DNA of 64,000 bases, taken from assembly GCA_963514005.1 (NCBI GenBank), contig OY740783.1, forward strand, positions 74,462,001 to 74,526,000, read 5' to 3'. Position 1 is the first letter of the stretch. Each line of letters starts with the position of its first letter. Position numbers and translations under genes: made by a program. Below the pieces are notes generated by a model. It saw only the letters and a program-made list of their open reading frames with translations. It was not told the DNA's origin and ran no database searches. Source of the DNA: Raja brachyura. Taxonomy: Eukaryota. Of the stretch, positions 50,391-63,376 are shown in pieces.

Positions 50391-50577
50391 CAGTCAAACC
50401 ACACTTGGAAATGTTGCATTGCAATGATAGTTAATTACCCTCCAACGTAGTTGCATTTTTAGTACAAATCTGGTACAGTTTTGTTGCAAAATACAATGGC
50501 CCGTAGTTGAGTCGAGGTAAAGTACATGTCATTAATTCCCAGTTCAGTGCATGTTATAAGGAGCAGGTATTTAACCC

Positions 50578-51562
50578 AGGGTACACAAAATGCTGGTGAA
50601 ACTCAGCGGGTGCAGCAGCATCTGTGGAGCGAAGGAGATGGGCAACGTTTTGGACCGAAAACCTTCAGGCGGGTGGGGGGGAAGAAAGGAAAGAGGAGGC
50701 GCCTGCGGGCTGAGAGAGGTAGGAAGGGGAGGAGACAACAAGGGTTAGCAGAATTGAGAGAATTCGATGTTCATGCCAAGAGGATGCAGACTTCCCAAGC
50801 AGAATATGAGGCGCTGTTCCTCCAATTTGCGGTGTTGCTCACTCTGGCCGTGGAGGAGGCCCAGGACAGAGGTCGGATACAGAATGGGAGGGGGAGTTGA
50901 AGTGCTGAGCCACCGGGAGGTCGGGTTGATTAATGCGGACCGAGCGGAGGTGTTCGGCGAAACTATCGCCAAGCCTCCGCTTGGTCTCACCGATGTAGAT
51001 CAACTGACATCTAGAGCAGCGGATGCAATAGATGAGGTTGGAGGAGGTCAGGAGTCTATCACCTGTGATGGAGATAGTGAGGTCAAGGAATGGAAGGGAA
51101 GTGTCGGAAATGGTCCAGGTGTATTTGAGTGCCGGATGAAAATTGGTGGTGAAACGGATGAAGTCAGTCAGTTGTGTGTGGGTGCAGGAGGTGACACCAA
51201 AGCAGTCATCGATGTAGAGGTCGGGGATGGGCCCTGGTACGCCTCGAACAAGGATTGTTCGACGTACCCGACAAAGAGGCCGGAGTTGATGAATTTGGTT
51301 ATGGTGCTCGAGATGGTGGCCTGGTGCTTGTCAGTGGGGTCGTGGTCCAGGGGTAAGTAGGAGGAGGTGTCCGAGAGTTGGTGCGTGGCCTCAGCTTTGT
51401 AGAGATTGACGCGCTAGACTACCATGGCACCACCCTTGTGGGCGGCTTTGATAACCTAGTCTGGGTTGTTGCGGAGTGAGTCGATGGCAGTACGTTGGGG
51501 GGGGGGGGGGGGGGGGGGAGGAGAGAGATTGGAGTGAGACGGGAGTGGAGAAGTTGAGGGGG
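50578..51562 (-). mobile_element. Penelope-like element (RT and GIY-YIG remnants, internally deleted)
   Basis: - strand RKLEEQRLIFCLGSLHPLGMNIEFS, YIGETKRRLGD and IKAAHKGGAMVV motifs, plus tail; resumes at ~52353-52430 after an insertion. Confidence 0.82.
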
Positions 51563-51569
51563 TGCCGTC

Positions 51570-52352
51570 CTGTATGGTATGGCTGCCCAGCCTGCAGCTG
51601 TATGTTTTTCACCCTTTTCTTTTTTTTTAGTGTGTTAAAGAGTTTTGTTTTTGGAGCCTATTCTCTTTTATGTGGTGGGGGGGAAGGGGGAAACTGCTTT
51701 ACCTGGTCGGAGAGGCAGCTTTTCTCCGGGCTGCATCTTCGACCCGTCCACGCAGCCTACCAGCGAGCCTGGAGCGGCGTTTCCTGAGGGGACCGCCCAG
51801 AACCTCTGCTTCGACAGCGGCGGAGCGCTGGAGCGCCATCGCGAGATGGAGCGGGTGATGCCTTGCCTGGGTCGCCGCGCTGGAACTCCGGTGAGCTGAG
51901 ACCGCCGAGACAAACATCGCGGGTCTGTGGAGCGGCGGGCGGCGGCGCTGAACTTTAACATCGGGAGCCAGTGGGGGAGCTCCATTCAGCGCGGCCTTGT
52001 CGGCTTCGAAAGCCGCGGACTCCAGTAGGAAGCGGCCATTCCGGGTGTCCCAAGCCGCTGAGAGGATTCTCCCGACGCCGGAGCACCGTCACCCGGTGAG
52101 AACGGCCTGGAACATCGGGCCTCTGTGAAAGCATCGATGGAGGCCTCAATATGCCTGACTATGGGTGGACATGGGTTGGGGACTGAACATTGTGCCTTCC
52201 CTCATAATGGGAACCATTGTGGGGGGGGATGGTTTTTATGTTTGAATCTCTTTATTAGTGTTGTGTCTGTATTTATTTTATGTGCTGCATGGCAAGAAGT
52301 ATTTCACTACACCAATTGGTGTATGCGACAAATAAACTAACCTTGAACCTTG
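51570..52352 (+). mobile_element. GC/CpG-rich non-autonomous retroposon nested in the PLE
   Basis: Homologous to 31068-31778; 3' stem-loop (tacacc-aatt-ggtgta), AATAAA and (AACCTTG)n tail. Confidence 0.65.
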
Positions 52353-52844
52353 ATGTCACGACGGCTGTTTTGGATGAAAAATTCTAAAGCCGGAGGGCCA
52401 CGAAGAGGGGTCCAAGAGTTTTTATTTTGGTGGTCATCGTGTGGCATTAACCAGATTCCATTGTGATAGACAACAGACAAAACCTGGCTATTTGAAACTG
52501 AATCGAATCGTAATGACTGTTCAAAAACAGTGCTTTTATTGGAACAGTGCCAACAGCCCAATGACAATGGGATAAGGATTAGCAAAAGACAACTGGATGC
52601 TTTTCCTTGTTTGTGGATAAAATGGGTAATAACGTTGTAGGATCTGATTCTCCATGTACTATATTGGAATACAGGTGAGATGCTGGTTCACCTGCCAGAA
52701 ATGTTTTCCATCCCCATGTGTAAAAGGGTGGATTGCATGAAGCAGTGGGAGTGACAGAAGGAAAACATGAGTGTTGAAGATGAAAATGTGAGCCAAATGT
52801 TGTAGAGGTAATGGTCCCATGTAAAGTTGGGATAGGAGCAATAG

Positions 52845-53122
52845 TTTCTAGTTTAGAGATAGTGGGCTGAAGGGTCCTTTTCCCACACTGACCAATGATC
52901 ACCTGTGCACTCATTCTATCCTACACACCAGGAACGATTTGGAAGTCAATTTATCTACAAACCTGCATGTCTTTGGAATGTGGGAGGAAACCAGATCTTC
53001 CAGGAAACAAACCCAATGTTATAGAGAAAACATACAAACTCCCTATAGACAGCACATGAAGTCTGTATTGAACTCTGGTCTCTTCTATAAGGCAACGGCT
53101 CTACTGCTGCACCACTGCACTT
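52845..53122 (-). mobile_element. HE1/V-SINE-like SINE
   Basis: ctacaaacctgcatgtctttggaatgtgggaggaaacc core. Confidence 0.72.
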
Positions 53123-53664
53123 TCAACTGATTACCCAACTTGAACATCTAGTGTTCATCTGACTTCCATCTATGTTTTATCTCTGTTCCAGTTCTTTTGC
53201 AGCTCTTGATAATTGATAGTCTTCACTAATCTGCAACAATCGTCTACTAATTCATTTTCCTTCCATCACCATAAGGGGCTTGAACCTGAGGAACTTATTT
53301 GCAGCCTGGCCTGATCATGTGGGACTTGGCTGTTGCCATGTTATGTTTTTGCACAATGCTGGCAGTGGCACACTTTGGGAGCTGCTAGCTGCAAAGCCCT
53401 GTCAGTCTTGCTCGTGAAATTGAGTAACTAGCGAGCTATGACCAAGCTGCTCATGATGGCAAACTAACCCCACTGTCCTGATGGCTTGCTATTTCCATTA
53501 TTTGTCTTGATAGTCAGAGCTATACAGAATGGAAACTGACCTTCTGGTCTGCCTTCTCTATGCTTACCAAGTTGGCATTCTAGTCTAGTCCTATTTAGGT
53601 CGCATCTCTGGACTCTACCTATCCATATCTGTCCAAATGTCCTTTGAAAGTTGTAATTGTATCA

Positions 53665-53970
53665 GTTTAGTTTATTGTCACATACTGAAGTACAGTGAAG
53701 TGCTTTTTGCATGCTATCAGCAGAAAGACTATAGATGATTACAATGAAGCTGTCCAGAGTGTACAGACACAGGATAAAGGGAATAACATTTATTGCAAGA
53801 TGAAGTCTGATAAAAGATAGCGCAATGCTCTCCAATGACAAGAGATGGTAGGTCAGGGTAGTTCTGTAGTTGGTGCTGGGATGGTTCAGTTGTCTGATAA
53901 CAGCTGGGAAGAAACTTTGAATCTGGTGGTGTTTTCAAAAGAAGCATTTTCAAACTTCTGTGCTGTTGGC
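53665..53970 (-). mobile_element. Rex1/Babar-like LINE 3' fragment
   Basis: gtttagtttattgtcacatactgaagtacagtgaa is the reverse complement of the Rex1-like tail. Confidence 0.65.
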
Positions 53971-54029
53971 CTTGCCAAGACAGTATGAAGTGTGTATGTC
54001 AATGGAAGGAAGGTTTGTTTACATGACAG

Positions 54030-55290
54030 TCTATAGACAATAAGTGCAGGAGTAGGCCATTTAGCCTTTTGTGCCAGCACTGTCATCACTGTGATCATGG
54101 CTGATCATCCACACTCAATACCCTGTTCCTGCCTTTTCCCCATATCGCCTGACTCCGCTATCTTTAAGAGCTCTATCCAACTCTCTCTTCAAAGCATGCA
54201 GAGAATTGGCCTCCACTGCCTTCAGAGGCAGATAATTCCATACGGAATACAGAGTAGGGATTAACAGGTCCCGTTCAGAATGGCAACCAATTTTCTATCC
54301 ATGTTAGTACCCTACCCCCAATACAATGTGCTCTAATTTTGCCCACTAATCTCCTATGTGGGACCTCATTAAATGTATTCTGTAAGTCTAGGTACACTAC
54401 AATGACTGGCTCTCCCTTGTCCATTTTCCTAGGTGCATCTTCAAAAAATTCCAGAAGATTAGTCTAGCATGATTTCCCATTTGTAATTTGGCCATTTCAT
54501 AATTCCCTACAATTTCTTGTGGTCTTGGTTGGAGCTGATCACAAATAATATTGTGATGCATCCTGATAAAATGCTTTCTACAGTGTATCTGTAGAGGTTG
54601 GTGAGCATTCTAACTCTAGTTTCCGCTGGCTCTCATTGTAGCTACAGATTATCTTCTGAGTAGAAATTGTTGCCCCTGAGGTTCCACTTAAATTTCTCCC
54701 CATGCCTTTGCCCTATAGTTTTAATTCTGTACCATAGGAAAAAATAGCACTTTCTTTATCCATGCCCTCATGAATTTATATACTTCAGCCTCCTGCACTA
54801 ACGTCTCGATGTATTGCGCTTCTCCCTATGACTTGAGCCCACAAGTCGAGTTAACATCCTGATGAATCTCTTTTGTACCTTTGCATCTTGACATCCTTCC
54901 TATAGCTAGGAAACCAGAACAGCACATAACACTCCAAGTGTGGTCTCACCAACAACTTGTGCAGTTGCATCATGATGTTCCAAGTTTTGCACTTGATACC
55001 CTTCCCAACAAAGCCAAACATGCCAAATGTCGTCTTCGCAACCCTGTCAACCAGTCTAGCTGCTGTTGGGGAACCATGCACCTGTACTTGGATCTGTTCT
55101 GCAACAATCTCCAGGGCTCCACCATTCACTAAGTCCTGCCCTTGCTTGACATATCGAAGTGCAACAACTCTAGTCAGAGGTGAAGCCATTTGCCGTACCT
55201 CAACTTGTTTTCCTAAATGATCTTGCTCCTGTTGTATACTTGGATATCTGTACTCGCTGTCCTCTGTAACAAAATATTTGGTATAATCTG
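54030..55290 (-). mobile_element. CR1 fragments (two or more copies)
   Basis: CR1 3' end at 54030-54240, RT piece to 54480, older copy with ORF 54851-55348 (LVRPHLECYVLFWFPSYRKD). Confidence 0.75.
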
Positions 55291-55940
55291 CAATTGTTTT
55301 CTGTTGGCTATTAGTAACAATTGAGATGACAAACGGTGGATTTAACACTAACCAATGCAGGACATCAATGCTGTTAAGTGGAAACTGGTTTAGAATTAAA
55401 TTAATTACTACTAGTAAAATTGGCTAGTAAAAGTTGAATTGCATTCAAATGGAGACTCTGCTAATGACATGGATCATGGGTGACCTGCAGGGTAAAGAAT
55501 GGGGTGCAAGTGTTGCTATACCCTATGTGTACTGAACTGATGCCTAATCCATTGGCAGAACTGTAGTTTGGATGTATTGAATAACTGGTGTAATATGTGC
55601 ACTCAGTAACTGGGGCTATTAGCTGTCAGCATGTTCTAGCTCAATCTTAATCAAAACTCCAGTTGATCTACATTGCCCATTTGAACCCAGCCACTGTATT
55701 TCATGGGGCTCATTTTGTTTTCTCTGCTTGCATTTGAATAGTTTGCTTCAGCATACCCAAATGGGAATTAACTCTTGGAACAAGATTTGTACCCACAACC
55801 TTGCAAATAAACGTACTTGTTATGAAACCATCTAGGAGACTAAAGAAGTTATCAAATGGAATGCTGCACAAATTAATGCCAAGATCAGCACTTTTCAACT
55901 TTGGTTATTAAATTTCATTTCAACATTTCTTTCTTCCAAG

Positions 55941-56060
55941 GCTCTAGAGTATCTTGTGAGGCATCGCAATTTCAGTGCAGAAATGGCCGTTGCATCCCAT
56001 CTGTGTGGAAATGTGATGGTGATGATGATTGTTCTGATGGAAGTGATGAAAGTTCCTGTG
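55941..56060 (+). CDS. vldlr: VLDL receptor exon 2 (LA1)
   Basis: ttccaag|...|gtaagt, 120 nt; [40 protein letters not shown]. Confidence 0.96.
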
Positions 56061-56727
56061 GTAAGTCTTTTGAACAAGTGGTTCTTTGTTTAGTACTGGC
56101 AGTAGTGTTGCACGTTGTAGTAGTTAACTTGTATTATTTGAAACATTTAATCACTTTCTTGTAATTTTTACCCATGGAATAAAGTGTAAACTGACCCATT
56201 ACTGTAATACTGACTTAACAAATTGCTTGCAGAACCCAAGTGGGATTGTATTGCAGATTGTTTAATTTTGATCTTAAACCTCGTGGTTGGTTGCACTAAT
56301 TGAATTGATAATTTAAAAATGTAGATTCTGCAGCCAGGAGTTTGTGAATTTCAACCAGAATTGAAGGTGGCTCTAAAGCTTATGGAGTCGAGTGTTTTAT
56401 TGCCATATGAACTGAAACAATGACATTTTCACTTGCAGCAGCACAACTGATAAGCATAGTTCTCTGTAAACACCATAATGAAGTTCAAAATATAAAAAAC
56501 AAACAATAGCACTGCAAGCTAACTTGTTGCAGTGAAGGATAATATGAAGTTGTAGAAATTGTTTTATAGCATGAAATGTGGTAAACTGATCAAATGACCC
56601 ATGTTTGTTGACTGGGAGAGCAAATTGGTCTGTTTCAAGTAGGTGACCATGCCTGTTGCTACAACGGCCCCATCTGTATGTCCAAGTTTACCTCTGCCCA
56701 GTATAGCAGAACTAAAACTTAATATTA

Positions 56728-56820
56728 TCTGAAGAAGGGTTTTGGCCTGAAACGTTGCCTATCTCCTTCGCTCCTTAGATGCTGCTGCACCTGCTGAGTT
56801 TCTCCAGCCTTTTGTGTACC
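56728..56820 (+). mobile_element. 93-bp hammerhead-headed Penelope-derived insert with 16-bp TSD
   Basis: CTAAAACTTARTATTA at 56712-56727 and 56821-56836; insert starts tCTGAAGAagggttttggcctGAAAcgtt. Confidence 0.82.
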
Positions 56821-57229
56821 CTAAAACTTAGTATTAACTAGAGTAACTTCTCCATGCTTCATTTCGCTTGCTGAGTTTGGATATCTAACCCTGATCAATT
56901 TTTCAATCTCCCACAAATCTTTTCAGAACTTTATCTTTAATCTCATGAATGCAACCATGATTATTTAGAATTAGTGATTTGATTGCAGACTACAACACGA
57001 GTGTTGCTATTCATCTGTTAAACCTGGGTTGTAATTGCCCAAAATCAATGTATACGTTTCTGGACAAACACTATAATGCCTTGTGATGGATGCAGTTCAT
57101 TAAGACATTTGTAGACCGTTAACTGTATTGCATTGGCAACTAACTCCTTAAATGTGGTTGGAGTGAGCTGACATCATATTTGGATAAGATCTAAATGACT
57201 AGTTTACTTTTCTTTAACTTTTTACTTTC

Positions 57230-58495
57230 CCTTAACTCTTCTTTCGACTCGCACTTCCCCCAAATCCAAAGCGTAGCTATGGGTCCCAGCTATGCCTGCC
57301 TCTTTGTAGGGTACGTCGAAGAATCACTGTTCCAGGCATACATTGGCCCTATCGTCAGTGCTACCTCCTGCACCCATGCAGATTTTGTTGACCATTAACT
57401 TCATGACTAATTTCCACCATGCACTCGAATTCACTTGGACCAACTCTGACATCTTACAATTTCTAGATCTCACCATCTCCATCACAGGAGACAGCCTATC
57501 AACTGACATCCATTTTAAGCCCACTGAATCCCATAGCTATCTAGACTACACTTATTCCACCCTGCTTCCTGTAAAAACTCTATCCCCCTACTCCCAATTT
57601 CTCTGTCTATACCACATCTGCACCCAAGATGAGGTGTTCCATACCAGGTGATCGGAGATGTCCTCATTTCTCTCCCCCCCCCCCCCCCCCAAATTCGTAA
57701 CAAGGACAGAGTCCCCCTTGTCCTTGCCTTCCACCATATCGGCCATCACATACAGCACATAATCCTCCAACATTTTCACCATCTCCGACGGGATCCACAG
57801 AGACCATTCCCTCTGCAACTACCTGGTCAACTTGTCCCTTCCCACCCAAACCACCCCCTCCCCAGGTACTTTCCCCAACAACTGCAAGAGATGCAGCACC
57901 TGTCCCTATAACTTCCCCTCAACTCTGTCCAAGGACCCCAACATTCTTTTCAGGTGTGGTTGAGGTTCACTTGCACCTCCTTCAAACTCATCTACTATAT
58001 CCACTGTTCCAGTTGTGGACTCCTGTATATTGGCGAGACCAAGCGCAGACTCGGCGATTGTTTTGCTAAACACCTCTGCTCAGTCAGCCTAAACCTACCT
58101 GATCTCCTGGTTTTTAAAAACACTAACTCCCCTCCCATTCCCACACTGACCTTACTGTCCTGGGCCTCTTTCACTGTCTGAGTGAGGCCCAGCACAAATT
58201 GGAGGAACAGCACCTCATATTTTGCTTGGGTAGCTTGCACCCCAATGGTATGAATGTTTACTTCCCTAACATCAAGTAGCCCTTGCTTTCCCTCCCCCTC
58301 CATCGCTTTCCCAGTTCTCCGACCAGTCTTGCTGTATCCAACTACATTCATCTCTACTCCCCCCTCTCCTGACAGTCTGGTCTCGACTCGAAACATCACC
58401 CATTCTCTCCAGAGAGGCTGCCTGTCCCGCTGAGCTACTCCAGCTTTTTGTGTCTATCTTCAACTTAAACCAGCATCTGCAGTTCTTTCCTACGG
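57230..58495 (+). mobile_element. Penelope-like element (Neptune-type), 5'-truncated and decayed
   Basis: RT AMGPSYACLFVGYVE and FLDLTISI..HFKPTESHSYLDY; Cys linker (CKRCSTCPY); GIY-YIG LIYYIHCSSCGLLYIGETKRRLGD; conserved tail. Confidence 0.88.
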
Positions 58496-58949
58496 TTATT
58501 TTTCCTGTTCCATACTTTATGAATTTTCCCATACTTAGTCAAGAGATACTTTGGTGGAATGTCGCCTATTGTTACCACATGGGGCTGTAGTGAGCGGAGT
58601 TTTAAAATGTGGAAATTGACTGCAGTGAAATATTTTCAAGCTATCTACTGGTCTTCACAGTTCTCCTTTCCACATTGTGTAGGGGGATCTAATGAAATGC
58701 TCCTAGTGAAGATGTTTGCATTTATAAATGTACAGGTCAATATAAGTCACAAAAGATTCACTGGAGCACATTTATGACTTTAGCTTCTTGCCAATCAGAA
58801 ACATTGAGTTTCACCAAGCTTCAATAGATTTTCTAATGTACAAATCTAAATGACTTTGGCATAACTTGACTATTGCTTGAAAAATAATTGCCATTTTAAT
58901 CTACCCAGAGTGTTGCACTAATCTAATAAATTGGCACTTATTTTCTCAG

Positions 58950-59072
58950 CTCAGAAAACATGTGGTGATACTGACTTTACTTGCCATGATGGTCATTGTG
59001 TGCCTGGAAGGTGGCAATGTGATGGCGATGCTGACTGTGAAGATGCTTCAGACGAAAGCCCAGAAGTTTGTC
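58950..59072 (+). CDS. vldlr: VLDL receptor exon 3 (LA2)
   Basis: ttctcag|...|gtaagt, 123 nt; [41 protein letters not shown]. Confidence 0.96.
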
Positions 59073-60176
59073 GTAAGTATCATTAAGTATGAGCACAATG
59101 TTATTAAGATGTATCTGGATGTATTCGTAATCAAATCCAAAGCTGTTGTTGGCTCAACAAACTATTTGTTTTTGAAATCTGAACTGCATCAGATGACATT
59201 TCTGCTGCAAGTTGAGACGAGTTTAAATGCTAATTGGGAATTCTCAATTGGAATTGGTTAGTTGTTGCAGTAGCCCGTGTTAGACAATGCAATGTCTTCT
59301 ACTTGCACATCTATCTTTATGGGAACTTGCAGTTGGATAAGTGGGCTTCTGCAGCAAAGCTAATGGCTGGCTTCTGTATACTATTATTCTGAGGTTTTTT
59401 AAACTACCCAGATCTCATTAAATTACTTCCACCCACATGATGGGGAAATGCCCTGTATTGCAGTCCTGAAAACTTTCAGCACTGCCAATGAAAATAAAAA
59501 TGTACCAGCTGCAAACTGAACAGGTCAAGCAGCACATGGGGCGTTAACTTTTCAGATCAGATGGTGGCACAACTAGCAACCAGTGATCAGTCAGACCTCT
59601 GCTGAGTTTTCACAAACATGTGATCATGTTTCTCCCTTAATCTCAATATGATTTGGGAGTTTAATTCACTAAATTGTTCACGTGAGGAAGAGAATTGGGC
59701 CATTGAGCCCATCAAGTCTATCCTGCCATTCAATCATGGCTGATCTACCTCTCCCTCTCAAACTCATTCTCCGGTCTCCTCCCCATAACCCCTGACATCC
59801 ATAATAAACGAGAATCTGTCAATCTCCACCTTAAATCTGTCCATTGACTTTGCCTCCACAGCTGTCGGTGGCAATGAATTAATGTGCTGTGTATACAAGT
59901 GTGCAGTCCAGGGAGAGAATAGAAATGTGTGGAGAAGGAAGTTAAGTAGGATTAGTATAGAAATGTCTGCCTGATAATAGACATGGGCTGACAACTGTAA
60001 TGGGCTCTATAGGATCCTATACCTGAAATTACAAACATCCTTTAATTATACCTGACAATATTCAGATTTTAATTAGAATTTTTTTAATGACATTTTTTAA
60101 TGAGAATTCAGTTGCAGTGCATTAATATTTTTTCTTTCCCATTAAATTTCTTAACTTAACTCTTTTTATCCTCCAG

Positions 60177-60299
60177 ACATGAGAACCTGCCGTGTCAATG
60201 AAGTCAGCTGCAGCCCTGCATCTACTCAGTGCATCCCTGTGACCTGGAGATGTGATGGTGAACGTGACTGTGATAATGGTGGAGATGAAGAAAACTGTG
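60177..60299 (+). CDS. vldlr: VLDL receptor exon 4 (LA3)
   Basis: ctccag|...|gtaggt, 123 nt; [41 protein letters not shown]. The HMRTCR..STQCIPV.WRCDGE pattern is VLDLR-specific. Confidence 0.97.
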
Positions 60300-60379
60300 G
60301 TAGGTTAAGTTATCATTGGCTCACTTGGTCAAAATACCTGAGGTGGTGGAGCAACTTGTGCTGCTGCCCCGCTGTTCCA

Positions 60380-60678
60380 CAGGCAGCATGGTGCAGCAGT
60401 AGAGATGCTGCCTCGCAGTGCCAGCGATTCGGGTTCAATTCTGACTATGGGTGCAAACAGTGCAGTGTTTGTACGCTCTCGTGTAACCTATGTGGATTTT
60501 CTCCAGAAGCTCTGATTTCCTCCCACGCTCAAGACTTGCAGGTTTGTAGATTAATTTGCTTTAGTTAAATTTTCCCTAGTGTGTAGGATAGTATTAGTAT
60601 GCAGGGATCGCTAGTTGGCATGGACTCAGTGGGGCAAAGGACCTATTTCCGTGCTGATCTCTAAAACTAAAGCTAAAA
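60380..60678 (+). mobile_element. HE1/V-SINE-like SINE, near full length
   Basis: A-box-like tggtgcagcagtaga, B-box-like ggttcaattc, V core, aaactaaa tail. Confidence 0.8.
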
Positions 60679-60713
60679 AACCAAGCGATGGGAGTCATCC
60701 TGATCCAGATGCT

Positions 60714-61115
60714 TAGAAACATAGAAATTAGGTGCAGGAGTAGGCCATTCGAGCCTGCACCACCATTCAATATGATCATGGCTGATCATCCAGCTCAGTA
60801 TCCTGTACCTGCCTTCTCTCCATACCTTCTGATCCCCTTAACCACAAGGGCCACATCTAACTCCCTCTTAAATATAGCCAATGAACTGGCCTCAACTACC
60901 CTCTGTGGCAGAGAGTTCCAGAGACCCACCACTCTCTGTGTGGAAAAAAGTCCTTCTCATCTCGGTCCTAAAGGATGTCCCCCTTATCCTTAAGCTGTGA
61001 CCCCCTTGTCCTGGACCTCCCCAACATCGGGAACAATCTTCCTGCATCTAGCCTGTTCAACCCCTTAAGAATTTTGTAAGTTTCTATAAGATCCCCTCTC
61101 AATCTCCTAACGTCT
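60714..61115 (-). mobile_element. CR1 3' fragment
   Basis: Very similar to 36276-36690 (RRLRGDLIETYKILKGL). Confidence 0.88.
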
Positions 61116-62028
61116 AGGGAGTATATAGACAGCTTGTGTCTAGGTTCCGGATCCCTTCTGGCCATGTGGTATTTCACCCATGCCCCACAGTCTTGTAGAT
61201 TAATTGGCTACTGTAACCTACCCTTAATGACAAAAGCAATTGAGGAGTTGATGGGTATGTGAGAATAAGTTGCAGAATCTTAGGAAATGGGTGTAATGGG
61301 TTGGCTCCCTTGGGACACAACAAGGTCTGACATCTCCATTATGTTGGTACTGACCAATTGGTGCCTTGTGGTGATACTGACATAAACCAGATGCAAATGC
61401 CAATTTTATGCATTCTATATGAAGCTTTTACCAGCTTCTATGAGCCAGGTTACCATCTTGGACAAATGTATGGTTTCTACTGGCTATTTCTTGGATTGTC
61501 TAAAGACATTTTACTTTTATTTCCATATAAAGTTAAAAGGGGTGATGTTTGTCAGAGGTGGAGTTGGATAGAGCTCCAGGGGCTAGTGGAGTCAAGGGAT
61601 ATGGTGAGAAGGCAGGCACGGGTTATTGATAGGGGACGATCAGCCATGATCACAATGAATGGTGCTGGCTCAAAGGGCCGAATGGCCCCTACCCCTATTT
61701 TCTATGTTTCTATGGAATCTTCCACTTGAAATGTGGTCGGGGTCTTTTCATTAATGATAATGCTCAATGTATTAAGCAAACGTTTGAAGTAGAAAGCCTT
61801 TATTGTTGCCCAAAACCCAGATATCATTGGACTTGTCGTTGATCCAGATGCTTGTGAAATGGGCCTTTCAAATGCAGCTCTAGTCTGGGCAGCAATAATT
61901 GCTTGTATCAGCCATTCATTTGATACTCTTTGTGTTGCATCCAGTAGGGGTGGTGGAGGGAGAGTTGAAGGGAAGCCTTGGTTCTCCTATTGTGCTGCAG
62001 CGAACCGAATATTGTAACTCTTTTTCAG

Positions 62029-62400
62029 GTGCTCTGACTTGCAGTGTCCAGGAATTTACTTGCTCCAGTGGTCGATGCATTTCCAAGACATTTGTGTGCA
62101 ATGGTGAAGATGACTGTGGCGATGGAAGTGATGAAAGGGATTGTGCTCCACCCACCTGTGGCTCGCATGAGTTTCAGTGCAATAGTTCCGAATGTATCCC
62201 CTTCCAGTGGGTGTGCGACAGTGATGTTGACTGCGCTGATCACTCTGATGAATCTACAGAACGCTGCGGTCGTACTCTTCCTCCCCTCGTGAAATGCTCC
62301 GCTGCTGAAATCCAGTGTGACTCTGGTGAATGCATTCACCGCAGATGGTACTGTGATGGTGATGCTGACTGCAGGGATGGAAGTGATGAAACCGACTGCC
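62029..62400 (+). CDS. vldlr: VLDL receptor exon 5 (LA4-LA5-linker-LA6)
   Basis: ttttcag|...|gtgagt, 372 nt; [17 protein letters not shown]...[12 protein letters not shown]...[45 protein letters not shown]. Confidence 0.97.
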
Positions 62401-62714
62401 GTGAGTATAATTTTAGAATTGGCATTTAAATTATAATATCACCAATTCTAAGAACATCCAATTGTACGAAACTTCACATTGTGCTGCATTGTGGATTCAT
62501 CCCCCTCCCTATGGTTACTTGCATTTGCTTAAATGGGTACATCAAAGTTGACTAAAGACTCTATACTTGCCTGGATTCCTGTTGTGGTGTTAGGCCAATC
62601 TATTTCTCTTCCCCACCCACCAAATCCAGTCTTTTCCACGTTGCGGAAATATATGTAAAAAACCTTGCAAAAGATCCTCTTTCTCCCCTAAATATTCCCA
62701 GATTAGCCACACTT

Positions 62715-63082
62715 GTTCAGTTTGGAGATACTGCATAGAAACCGGCCCTTCAGCCCATGCCCACACCAGCCAGCAATCACCCTATACACTAGGAACCATT
62801 GCCAATTAACCTACAAACCTGTATGTCTTTGGAGGGTAGAAGGAACCAGAGCACCTGGTGAACATACAAACTCTATACAGACAGCATCCATAGTTGGGAT
62901 CGAACCCAGGTCTCTGGCACTCCAAGGCAGCAACTCTACCATGCCTACATTTCAGGTTTGGCTTTTGTAGATAAACCTACAATTAAGTTACAAACTCAGG
63001 AGTGGGGGAAATCGGAGCACCCAGGGGAAAACGCACACAGCCATGGGAGAACATGCAAACTCTGTACAGACAGCACCCTAGT
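62715..63082 (-). mobile_element. HE1/V-SINE-like SINE plus a second partial copy
   Basis: gccaattaacctacaaacctgtatgtctttggag core; partial repeat at 62970-63082. Confidence 0.72.
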
Positions 63083-63180
63083 TGTAACTCATAAATATTA
63101 AAGCAACCTCCAGTTTGCTTCAACTTAACCATTGATAACAAATGGTGCTCTTGCCTCCAATGTACACTTTGGTTTTTCAG

Positions 63181-63303
63181 CTCCTCACACTTGCAGACCA
63201 GACAACTTCAGATGTGGTGATGGCAACTGTATCCATGGAAGCAGACAATGTAATGGGTTCAGAGACTGTCCTGATGGCACTGATGAGCTTAACTGCAGGA
63301 ATG
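63181..63303 (+). CDS. vldlr: VLDL receptor exon 6 (LA7)
   Basis: tttttcag|...|gtaagt, 123 nt; [41 protein letters not shown]. Confidence 0.96.
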
Positions 63304-63376
63304 GTAAGTAGTTAAATTATTTGCCTACAATAACCAATTTGGCAAATTTAATCCGGCTTAATATTTGCCTTTACAG

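Noticed and set aside
50526-52340. Cluster of overlapping ORFs in vldlr intron 1
   Set aside because: Antisense frames of a Penelope remnant and stop-poor GC-rich retroposon sequence.
58945-58954. Second acceptor (CTCAG CTCAG) at exon 3
   Set aside because: A 5-nt shift would break the frame; no support for use.
60380-60450. tRNA gene
   Set aside because: tRNA-derived SINE head; no cloverleaf, and followed by the SINE body.
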